From IMG/VR virus record IMGVR_UViG_3300045988_017181: a DNA stretch of 41,977 nucleotides; one strand, given 5' to 3'. The notes beneath the pieces were generated by a model. It saw only the letters and a list, made by a program, of their open reading frames with translations. It had not been told where the DNA came from and did no database searches. Origin of the DNA: a virus. Of this stretch, positions 1 to 7,839 are shown in pieces. A program made the position numbers and the translations under genes. The stretch's first letter is position 1, and every line of letters begins with the position of its first letter.

Positions 1-55
1 GCTAGTGTCCTAGCTGTCGCTAGTGTCCTAGCTGTCGCTAGTGTCCTAGCTGTCG
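1..55. repeat. Three tandem copies of the 18-bp unit GCTAGTGTCCTAGCTGTC (+G). The same 55 bp recur at 41923..41977.
   Basis: Direct reading: bases 1-55 equal the last 55 bases of the window. Confidence 0.95.
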
Positions 56-198
56 TTCCATGCCCTGAACTATAGAGCACCCCCGAATCACCTGTCAAGC
101 CCTCAAGTGAAAAATACCGTAAACATGATATCCCCTCACCTAGCGTCCTGACTCACTCTTTATATAGGGGCTAGCTGTGGAGTCCTGTCGACTACCTA

Positions 199-420
199 AA
201 GGAGTACCAAAGGAGTACCAAAGGGTACCCCTAAAGGAGTATCAAAGGAGTACCAAAGGAGTATCAAAGGAGTATCAAAGGAGTACCAAAGGAGTATCAA
301 AGGAGTACCAAAGGAGTATCAAAGGAGTATCAAAGGGTACCCCTAAAGGAGTACCAAAGGAGTACCAAAGGAGTATCAAAGGGTACCAAAGGAGTACCAA
401 AGGAGTATCAAAGGGTACAA
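199..420. repeat. Tandem array of 20 units with an 11-bp period: 16 x AAGGAGTA(C/T)CA plus 4 AAGGGTACC-type variants
   Basis: Units counted directly at 199, 210, 234 ... 400. The listed + ORF 177..431 is just this repeat translated. Confidence 0.95.
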
Positions 421-492
421 AGCACAGATAATGTTTTACCCAAAGGTAAACAATTGATCTAGATCAAACCCCATATTGACCCAAATCAACCC

Positions 493-524
493 TGTGGATA
501 ACTCTGTGGATAACCTGTGGATAA
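493..524 (-). promoter_or_regulatory. Triplet of perfect DnaA boxes (TTATCCACA on the minus strand) at 493, 505 and 516
   Basis: Exact 9-mer TGTGGATAA three times, same orientation, 12 and 11 bp apart. Part of a ~58-bp module (491-548) repeated at 630-686. Confidence 0.7.
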
Positions 525-630
525 CTTAAAAAAACACTGATAAATCAATAGTTTACCACAAGTACCCTAAGGATGTCGGATGTCAATAGGTACAACTCCC
601 CCTTGACAGCCCTTTGAATCTGTGGTGTCC

Positions 631-662
631 TGTGGATAACTCTGTGGATAACCTGTGGATAA
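631..662 (-). promoter_or_regulatory. Second triplet of perfect DnaA boxes at 631, 643 and 654
   Basis: Exact TGTGGATAA three times, followed by CTTGAAAAAACACTGATAAATCAA as in the first module. Confidence 0.7.
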
Positions 663-862
663 CTTGAAAAAACACTGATAAATCAACCACTTAGCTTACC
701 CTTTAGTATCCTAAGGATGTCTAAAAGACCCCAAAGGACACAGCGGGAGCCCGAAGGCACCAACAGGCACCCCCACGGGGGCAACCACGCACGTGAACTC
801 CTTAAGTGTGGGTTCACAAATTTGATCAATTTTTATGATCCCCTTAGTTACCCTTAGCTAGC

Positions 863-894
863 TGTGGACAACTCTGTGGATAACCTGTGGATAA
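863..894 (-). promoter_or_regulatory. Third DnaA-box triplet: 863 (TGTGGACAA, 1 mismatch), 875 and 886 (perfect)
   Basis: Direct reading. Same spacing and orientation as the other two triplets. Confidence 0.65.
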
Positions 895-1137
895 CTTTAA
901 ATAAAACCCCTCAGGAACCCGTAGCTAGCTTGCTAGCATTAAGGGAACCCAAGGGGAACTGGAAGTAATTATAACTAGGATACTAGCTCAAGCTAGCCAC
1001 AAGAGTACGTAGAAGAGCATCAACAGTAGACACATCCCCATTAATCAAGGACATTATAAAGAGGATGATGATAATGATGATTTTGATGGTGATGAATACT
1101 TTATTTTTAGTGTTATTGGTATTGTTCATTAAGGTCA

Positions 1138-1227
1138 TTCCCATAAGGGTCTATAGGCACCTAAGGATTCCCATAAGGGTCTATGGACTCCCATAAGGGT
1201 CTATAGACTCCCATAAGGGTCTATAGG
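1138..1227. repeat. Four copies of a ~20-bp unit (T/A)(T/C)TCCCATAAGGGTCTAT(A)GG
   Basis: CCCATAAGGGTCTAT seen at 1140, 1170, 1190 and 1210. Confidence 0.9.
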
Positions 1228-1296
1228 TACCCTAAGGATTTTCTTAAGACTCCATCATCACTGATACCTTTTACTTCTGATACTTTCATTTCTAAC

Positions 1297-1357
1297 AAAA
1301 AGGGGGAGCTAGAAAAGACCTATATGTATATCTATATATGTCTTTCCTAGCCCCCCC
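1297..1357 (-). terminator. 18-bp stem, 20-nt AT loop and U5 intrinsic-type terminator downstream of terminase
   Basis: Arms 1302..1319 and 1340..1357. In minus-sense RNA the stem is complete with two G-U wobbles, whereas in plus sense those positions are A-C mismatches. Followed on the minus strand by TTTTT (1297..1301). Confidence 0.7.
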
Positions 1358-1376
1358 TAGGAGTATGGATTTTATT
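1351..1376 (-). promoter_or_regulatory. Phage-RNAP-type promoter copy (AATAAAATCCATACTCCTAGGGGGGG), right-end position
   Basis: 23/26 match to the consensus AATAAAATCCATACTCCTAGGGAGAG, which occurs 5 more times. The ACTC..CTA..GGGAGA layout resembles the T7 promoter core and +1 region. Confidence 0.6.
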
Positions 1377-1452
1377 CTGAAATACCCTGTTTTCTCTATT
1401 ACATTGTCTTTATTATTTACTGAACAAGTGTTCAATACTAATAAAGTATATT

Positions 1453-4400
1453 TCAGTTATCACCTCTTGCTAGCTTGAATGTATACCCTTTATCCTTATA
1501 TCTGTCTACACCCTTAGAGGTACCTTTAGGGCTGTGCCTATCTTCAGTTACCATCACACCTCCGATATTGGACGTATAGAATCCATACAGGGACTCCATA
1601 GACTCCTCTAGCCATTCTTCGGTTAGTTCATTAATACCTTCATCAGCATCTACGCCCATGAAGTCCACAAGGTATTTAACTCCGATTGCCAAAGCATCCA
1701 GACGGTCATCATGAATAAGGGCACCCCTATCAACAGTGATACGAGTGAGCTGATAGAAACAAGCATATTTGTAGTCAGATTCAGGTACGGTAGAGTAGTC
1801 ATTCCTGATACACTCAGGAGTGACACACATTTTATGGTTTGAGATTACAGGTTCAAGAGTATCAATGATACGCAGTTCTTTTTGTCCTGTGGATTTGACT
1901 TCAGTAACCCCGCAGTTACTATAGGTTTTCTTTAGTACAGGTTCAAATAGTTTGATGTACATCCCGTCACCAAAATTACCCTCAATGACTACTTCATTGA
2001 CTTTGTACTTCTTAGCTACCTTAGCGAGCTTATTGAGGACTACATCAGAATAACCTCCCAATAGACCGCCTACTTCCATGACGTAGATGTAGCCGTTAAG
2101 GTAATACAAGATTGCATAACCAGTTTCGTCTTTCGATTCTATGAAATTTCAACAGCTTTCCACCCCTTATGGTGCTTACGAGTTCCCTTAGCTACCTTAC
2201 GAAGGTTCTGAGGGGTAAGCTCATGTTCTCTACAGAACTCTACAAGAGATTCTGGGGTGTAGTTGTTACCATTGGGGTCTGTAATAAGATAACGCTTACC
2301 AGTACCGTAGTTATGAGGGGTATCCCCCTTCTTAAACCTAGTATCAAAGCAATCTCTACATACAGTACCCGTTCTACGTTTAGGCATATACTTGTTGCAA
2401 ACGGAGCATCTAACGGTAGCTACGTCACCTCCTGCCCTGCTGTTCCAACCCATGTTTAGCTCAGGTCTCAACACATATTCCATGTTAAGAGCTTCAGCTT
2501 TAGGGAGCATCTTAATTAGAGAGATCTCAACATTTTCTTTACCAAGGTTCCTAAGGATTTCTCCTACAGGACGCTTTGAGCAGAAGTGCTGTGAGAGTCT
2601 ATAATTCAAAGATCTTCTAGTAATGCCAACATATCCACTTGCTAGGTCATTATTACCTTTTTCGTGAATATGGTAAACTTTGTACAAACGGGTTTTAGCT
2701 CTAAAGTTGTTGATTTTCATATTTATGTTTAGTAGTTGTTAATTACTTTCTTATGGTCGCCCATAAGTCCAGACTATATCTTTTTCACCCCTGTTTCCCA
2801 CTAACACTCAGCGGTACATAATAGTCGTTACACCTTCCTAAATTAGGCTTGGCTCGGTATTATCTCTTAGAGACGTTCACCGAATTTAAGGGTTTTATTT
2901 AATGACGAGGCAAGACAGTTCACCACGTCCCGAAGGGTCAACACATAGAATTTTATGTGTATATGGCACAACCTCATTAGAGGCTGCATGATAGTAGAAG
3001 TAAGAATCTCCCTTAAGGCCCATCGTAGGACACTCATCAACTGGAACCCTCTTAGAAGGCTCAGGGAGCCACGTGAGCTTCATTGGAGCCTCGTCTAAGG
3101 GGAACATACCTACGATGAGGTCACGAAGCCGTAGAGGGTATTTATCGGCGTCTGAGAGGGTCGTGTCAAGCATGAACTGCAGAGCGAAGCCTGCCTTACG
3201 ATAAGATAGTTCACGCTTCTGTAGATCTTCTTCAGAGAACCTAAGGGGGTCTGTAGGCTTACCTGCCCAACGCTTAGGATCCTTGTCGTACTTGTCAGCA
3301 ATGATAGAGGCCAATCTATCGCCATAGGAGGCTCTATGAGAGTCATCATAGGGATACCTAGCGGGATAGATTACAGCCGTGTATCCGCGCTCCTGTAGCT
3401 CGTTATAGAGGCTCATTTCATTCTGGGGGGTGCCCAGATAGATGATCTTTTTACCTTCACCAGGCTTTAGGACAGCGTCGAACTCTTTGACGAGCTCGAA
3501 CAACTGGTCTCTAAGAACCTGAGTGAAGGAATTAGATGGAACTTCCACCTTTATGTTAAGGTAAGGTCGTTAGTCTTACCCCATCGTCTTTTATTTGAGT
3601 CTACTGCGTTTTCAGTAGCAGTAACAAACTTACAATGATCCCTAGAGTAGAGTCCACAGTTGCCCTTCTTGATGTCCTTATCAAGGTGCATGCTAGAGTC
3701 CTTTTCCCATTCTTCATAGCCTTCTACCTCGTGAATAGTATTCAAGAAGGTAGTAAAGTTATGCCACCTAGGATCTACCTTACAGCCTACATAGCTAGTT
3801 TTGTAGTTACCATAAGCTCTCTTAAGCATGTTAGCCCACAGGTCATAGATCTTGCGGATGATGCTATTAGAGCCTCTAGCAGGGATTCTAATAGGAGACC
3901 CAATGAACCCTACACCATAGGCCGTAGGTTCCATAAAGTCTTCAAACTTACCTGCCTTAATGTTGCAGGTCTGAACATCAATGACTGTACCTGTCTTGAC
4001 AAACTGAATGACAGCCCTAGGATGCTTAACTTTACCATTAGGAAGTTTCTGCTTCTTAGTTCTAGACAGGATCTTAATAAGACCCTTAGGAGTTTCGTAA
4101 GTTTTGTTAATTTCGTACATAGTTATGTTCCTTATAATTGACGATGCTTCATATCTCTATGAAGACCAGACTATATCTTATACCAAAAGGTATCCCCATT
4201 TTTCGAGTCACTTGACCCTACATAATAGTCGTTACACCTGCTAAATAGCTCGGCTCGGTATTGTCTTTCCTAGTTAGGACTGAGTTCCACCGAATTTAAG
4301 GGGTTTAAAGACGACATGGTTAAAGTTTATCGTCTGCGACAATGATGTCTGCACGGGAACCTGTTAGCTGGCCCTTAATACCCACAGACTTAACTGAAGG

Positions 4401-4805
4401 TGAGTGGTCTGGCAGGGCAGGGCCTACATCAAAAAGGTTCTGAGTATCTCTTTGACCTTCTCTAGCCTTTAGGTGGCTCAGAAAGGGCAATTCATTGATG
4501 ATCTTCTTAATAAACGTAGCATTAGCGTCTGCTCGTTCTTTGTTGGCAGACACTACCATGATCTTAGTCTGTGGATCCCTCCAGAGACTCCAGACAACGT
4601 ATGCACACGTAATAAAGGATTTAGCTACACCACGGAAACCCATTAGGATCATGCGGTCACTAGGGGGGTTCTGTAGTAGCTTAGCAATGTCTACCTGCAA
4701 CGTGGTAGGAGAAGGCAACCCGATAGATTTCCAAACCAAAGAGGTAAATAGTGGGAAGTTCTCATAGTAGGGGAGTAGAGCTTTAGCCTCTTTCTCAGTT
4801 AACAC
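1453..4805 (-). CDS. Terminase large subunit (T7 gp19-like), split: join(4329..4805, 2922..3548, 1453..2133), ~594 aa
   Basis: The three ORF fragments are colinear with T7 gp19: [23 protein letters not shown]; ADIIVADD|VEVPSNS; DPSGRG|[17 protein letters not shown]; HDDRLDAL. Each fragment ORF runs 2-8 codons past the homology break into a stop. Probable GTG start at 4805 after GGGGAG. Confidence 0.9.
2134..2921 (-). mobile_element. Group I intron 2 in the terminase gene (788 nt)
   Basis: The 5' exon ends in U (GGT, 2922). P1 pairs GACGTGGT with GCCTCGTC (2904..2911), with a U-G at the splice site and one U-U mismatch. P/Q-like AAATTCGGTGAAC / ATACCGAGCC; R-like GTAACGACTATTAT (2815..2833); S-like AAGATATAGTCTGG (2769..2782). 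The intron ends in G (2134). Confidence 0.8.
2139..2720 (-). CDS. Intron-encoded GIY-YIG homing endonuclease (I-TevI-like)
   Basis: N-terminal KVYHI...GYVGIT..R...R..QH GIY-YIG signature, Cys-rich linker (CSVCNKYMP...CRDC), basic C-terminal DNA-binding-like tail. The stop lies 5 nt before the 3' splice site. Confidence 0.8.
   Translation of the reverse strand: MKINNFRAKTRLYKVYHIHEKGNNDLASGYVGITRRSLNYRLSQHFCSKRPVGEILRNLGKENVEISLIKMLPKAEALNMEYVLRPELNMGWNSRAGGDVATVRCSVCNKYMPKRRTGTVCRDCFDTRFKKGDTPHNYGTGKRYLITDPNGNNYTPESLVEFCREHELTPQNLRKVAKGTRKHHKGWKAVEIS
3549..4328 (-). mobile_element. Group I intron 1 in the terminase gene (780 nt)
   Basis: The 5' exon ends GACGAT (4334..4329) and pairs with GTCGTC (4315..4310), with a U-G at the splice site. 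R (4219..4237) and S (4166..4179) blocks are near-identical to intron 2. The hairpin after S (4147..4164) covaries with the intron 2 hairpin (2750..2767). The last intron nucleotide is G (3549). Confidence 0.8.
3551..4120 (-). CDS. Intron-encoded homing endonuclease, probable HNH (His-Me finger) type
   Basis: C-terminal MHLDKD...N..LYS...C.FVT..EN resembles the HNH_3 pattern. Sits inside the intron and stops 2 nt before the 3' splice site. Confidence 0.55.
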   Translation of the reverse strand: MYEINKTYETPKGLIKILSRTKKQKLPNGKVKHPRAVIQFVKTGTVIDVQTCNIKAGKFEDFMEPTAYGVGFIGSPIRIPARGSNSIIRKIYDLWANMLKRAYGNYKTSYVGCKVDPRWHNFTTFLNTIHEVEGYEEWEKDSSMHLDKDIKKGNCGLYSRDHCKFVTATENAVDSNKRRWGKTNDLTLT

Positions 4806-5049
4806 TCATGTCTCCCCTATAGGAATTCTCGAAGTTCTCCTTAGTAGCCTTCAGGAGCTTACTAAGTGCATTCTCTTCACCCTCCCCAGCCTTAGGGACA
4901 CAGTCAATGCCATTACGTTCAAGTTCCTTAATGATTGCATTATAGAGCTGTGGAGACCTCTTATCGGGGTTCCTAAGGTCATTAAGCATGTTCTGAAGCA
5001 TCTCCTCATGGATGTTCCCTAGGAGGCTCTCAAGTCCTTTATAGTCCAT
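4795..5049 (-). CDS. Terminase small subunit (T7 gp18-like)
   Basis: The RSPQLYNAI block matches T7 gp18. 84 aa, immediately upstream of and overlapping the large terminase. Confidence 0.75.
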   Translation of the reverse strand: MDYKGLESLLGNIHEEMLQNMLNDLRNPDKRSPQLYNAIIKELERNGIDCVPKAGEGEENALSKLLKATKENFENSYRGDMSVN

Positions 5050-5263
5050 TGTTCTTTTCCTTTCTTCTCTTTTCTAACCAAGGTTCTACCCAATGTTTTT
5101 TAATCATTGTGCAGATACCTACAAAAGTATAGATAATTGTGATGACGTACACCCAATCGCTAAGAGGTAACCCGAGAATCACAGCACTGGATACTGCCAA
5201 TGAAGGAGCTACCTGTGCTATGTTCTCTGCTAGGTTACCCGACTCCTCATCAAGGGCGCTCAT
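5039..5263 (-). CDS. Holin (T7 gp17.5-like, class II)
   Basis: 74 aa with hydrophobic helices. LSDWVYVITIIYTFVGI resembles T7 gp17.5 LNEWFYVAAIAYTVVQI. Basic C-terminus. Confidence 0.65.
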   Translation of the reverse strand: MSALDEESGNLAENIAQVAPSLAVSSAVILGLPLSDWVYVITIIYTFVGICTMIKKHWVEPWLEKRRKEKNNGL

Positions 5264-5679
5264 TCCTCAAAGAACTGCTCAAAGTTAGCTTTCTTGAACC
5301 CAGTGCCCTTTAGGAGCTTACCGTCTTCCCTGAATTGAGGGTTGTAGTTGCCTTCACTGTCATAGAACTTACTGGAGTATTCCTTAAGCAATTCATTCAT
5401 ACCTGCTTCAAGGTCGTAACCACAAGCATTAGCATACTGGATACAAACCCAGATAAGATCACACAGTTCCTTCATTTCGTTAGGGGTACCACTACGCTCC
5501 TTAAGAAATTCCTTGAACTCTTCAGCAATACACTTGCTATACAGGATTGTGCAATCCTTGTACAGTTGGGAGTCCTTCACTTGGTCATTTCTACAGTGCG
5601 TCTTCAGAAACCAGTTCGAAAGTTCCTTCTGGAGATTTCCGATAAGCTCTTTGGGTTTAGCTTCCATAGTATTCTTCAT
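5260..5679 (-). CDS. MazG-like nucleotide pyrophosphohydrolase
   Basis: All-alpha-looking 139-aa protein with an acidic EEFKEF..E and ELCDLIWV pattern typical of phage MazG-like proteins. Confidence 0.5.
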   Translation of the reverse strand: MKNTMEAKPKELIGNLQKELSNWFLKTHCRNDQVKDSQLYKDCTILYSKCIAEEFKEFLKERSGTPNEMKELCDLIWVCIQYANACGYDLEAGMNELLKEYSSKFYDSEGNYNPQFREDGKLLKGTGFKKANFEQFFEE

Positions 5680-5697
5680 TTTATTCTTTATCCTCTT

Positions 5698-7830
5698 TTA
5701 CATACTCTTTCGTTCATTAATTTCAGCCATCTTGGCATCGTTCATTCGGGAGTTACCGTTGATGTTAGAGTACCCCAAATAACCACAGACACGGGAAATG
5801 ACAGACAGGTTACTAGAGCCACAATAGGGGCACGTATTACCCACATTAAAGCTATGTTGGTGACAATCCTCACAGTAAGCCGCATCAAAGTTCACACCCT
5901 GATAGAACCCATGAGCCATGCCTCGAAGGATCGTGCTCGTGAGAGCCAGCTTATTCTCTGGGTTGTCAATACGGACATACTGGATGTGTCCACCCTCGAT
6001 AAGATGGAAAAGCTCAAACTCAAGATCCTGCTTTTCAAAAGGGGTAATGTCAGCAGACACATGGATATGGAAGGAATTGGTGAAGTAGGCTTTACCTTCA
6101 AATTCATCCTTAAGGTTATTCTTTGCACAATACTCATGGTACTGAGTCATCTGAGTACCACAAAGGGACTCTGCAGGGGTACCATAGAGTGCATAGAGAT
6201 ATCCGTCTTCCTTCTTAAACTTCTGCACTGCATCATAGATGAACTTAACGACATCCTTAGCCGCCTTCTGTCCCTCAGGGGTCTGAAGATCCTTACCCCC
6301 AGTAAAGAGGATAGCAAACTCATTCAAGGCAGAGATACCAAAAGATGCTGTCATATACTTGGTAAGCTCACCTACCTCATCTTCAGGCTTAAGAAAGCCC
6401 TTATAGAAACCTCCCTGACAGAATGCCATAGGATTCGTGCTAGCCTTAGCATGCTTAATCATATCATAGCGACGCTTAAGGAATCCTCGAATCTGTTCAA
6501 GGTTCACCATAAGCTCTTCCCAGAAGTTACCCTTAGATGCCTTATAGATCAACGGAAGGTTGAGAGACACCGCACCAATGTTGCATCGCCCAACAGACAC
6601 ATACTCGTTAGTCTCAGGATCCTTCCAAGGAGTGAGGTACGCCCTGCAACCCATCGGATGGATCACACACTGCTTATTAGACGCTCTGTAGGTTTCAGAC
6701 ACAGTGCCATTAGGAGCGTTAATAGCCAGAAAATCAGGGTACATACACTTACTGGAACATTCAACAGCCTTCTCGAACACGTTAGCGTGCTCATCACTGC
6801 CGTGTTGTTCCCAATCATAGAGATACACGAGCTTAGGGAACACAACCTGTTTACCCCCATGGCCTTTCATGCGGGTATCAAGGATGGTCTCACAAATCAC
6901 CTCAAGAAACTCCTTGTCATCCTCAGGGAGATCGTTGCTCCACTCACCAAAGGTAAGCGTAGTGAACGCAAAGTCACCACGAGAACACGGAACAGTATTG
7001 AGCTTCAGTTCAAGAGACTGGAAGCCTTGCCCAAGCTCACGCTTGAGATCTTGAATAGCCATTGCACATGCTTCATCGAATTCCATATTGCACTGGTCAA
7101 AGTATTTCTTAAACGCATGGTCATACGTTTTCTTAGCATACGGGAGGAGCGTCTTGTCAATCTGAGGGATAGTGAACCCACCGAACTGCTGTGCAGTAGC
7201 TACAAGGGTGATGTCACCGATCACCTGAAGGGCACTAAGGACACTCGTAGGCTCCGTATAGGTGACATTGGACATGCTAAAGCCACCCTTAAGAACAGTA
7301 GCCATGTCAAAGAGACAGCAGTTGATGGATCCAAAGATCATGTCTCGAAGGTCATGGATGTAATACTTACCGACCTTAGTAGCCTCTTTCTCTTCCTTAG
7401 TGAGGTAGAATTGCTTATACAACTGCTTAGTCAGATAGCCCTTGATAAGTGAACCTTTTGTAGACACAAGGGAACTATCGAAGTTGGCGTTTTCCTTGTC
7501 TCCCAAAAGGAGAACAGTGTCAGCCTCATTCTTAACAGCTTCGAAAGCCTTAGCGTAGGTGTTCTTATAGTCTCTGAACTCCTTATAAGATTCTCCGATC
7601 TTCGGCACATACTTACAAAGAGCTTCAATGACAATAGAGTGAATCTTATCAGTAGGAACCTCGTCATAGTTGCTGTAGGCAAGGCTCTCGATATAACCCC
7701 TAATCTTACCAATGTCATGCTCAGAGTACGTAGCGTTAGCCCTCTGGGCGGCCTTATGAATAGCTACTTCAATCTTATCCCAGTCCCAGCCTTCATTGGT
7801 ACCATCTTTCTTAATTACTTCCAGTTCCAT
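5698..7830 (-). CDS. nrdD: Anaerobic (class III) ribonucleoside-triphosphate reductase
   Basis: N-terminal ATP-cone-like VIKKDGTNEGWDWDKI; C-terminal Zn ribbon CEDC...CPYCGSS; glycyl-radical motif RVCGYLGY. 710 aa. Confidence 0.9.
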   Translation of the reverse strand: MELEVIKKDGTNEGWDWDKIEVAIHKAAQRANATYSEHDIGKIRGYIESLAYSNYDEVPTDKIHSIVIEALCKYVPKIGESYKEFRDYKNTYAKAFEAVKNEADTVLLLGDKENANFDSSLVSTKGSLIKGYLTKQLYKQFYLTKEEKEATKVGKYYIHDLRDMIFGSINCCLFDMATVLKGGFSMSNVTYTEPTSVLSALQVIGDITLVATAQQFGGFTIPQIDKTLLPYAKKTYDHAFKKYFDQCNMEFDEACAMAIQDLKRELGQGFQSLELKLNTVPCSRGDFAFTTLTFGEWSNDLPEDDKEFLEVICETILDTRMKGHGGKQVVFPKLVYLYDWEQHGSDEHANVFEKAVECSSKCMYPDFLAINAPNGTVSETYRASNKQCVIHPMGCRAYLTPWKDPETNEYVSVGRCNIGAVSLNLPLIYKASKGNFWEELMVNLEQIRGFLKRRYDMIKHAKASTNPMAFCQGGFYKGFLKPEDEVGELTKYMTASFGISALNEFAILFTGGKDLQTPEGQKAAKDVVKFIYDAVQKFKKEDGYLYALYGTPAESLCGTQMTQYHEYCAKNNLKDEFEGKAYFTNSFHIHVSADITPFEKQDLEFELFHLIEGGHIQYVRIDNPENKLALTSTILRGMAHGFYQGVNFDAAYCEDCHQHSFNVGNTCPYCGSSNLSVISRVCGYLGYSNINGNSRMNDAKMAEINERKSM

Positions 7831-7839
7831 TTAATCCTC

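Noticed and set aside
177-431. 84-aa + strand ORF with the repetitive peptide KEYQRSTKGVS
   Set aside because: It is the 11-bp tandem array read through. It has no RBS and lies on the opposite strand to every credible gene. The periodic peptide is a by-product of the DNA repeat.
430-900. Sigma70-type early promoters within the DnaA-box modules (for example TTGACA at about 603 on the minus strand, TTGATT upstream of each box triplet)
   Set aside because: The -35-like hexamers lack a convincing -10 at 16-18 bp spacing. The host is unknown, so no promoter is called.
1040-1170. Plus-strand mini-ORF MMIMMILMVMNTLFLVLLVLFIKVIPIRVY... preceded by AAGAGGA
   Set aside because: It would be the only + strand gene. 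It runs into the 20-bp repeat array and has an ATG-rich low-complexity start. There is no supporting context.
5335-7452. 705-aa + strand ORF, with similar long + strand ORFs at 23066..23914, 25383..26477, 30785..31888, 37978..38676 and 39046..39963
   Set aside because: All are antisense shadows of minus-strand genes with strong family motifs (NrdD, capsid, portal, DNA polymerase, RNAP). Their sequences are low-complexity, rich in Leu, Ser and Arg, with no recognisable motifs.
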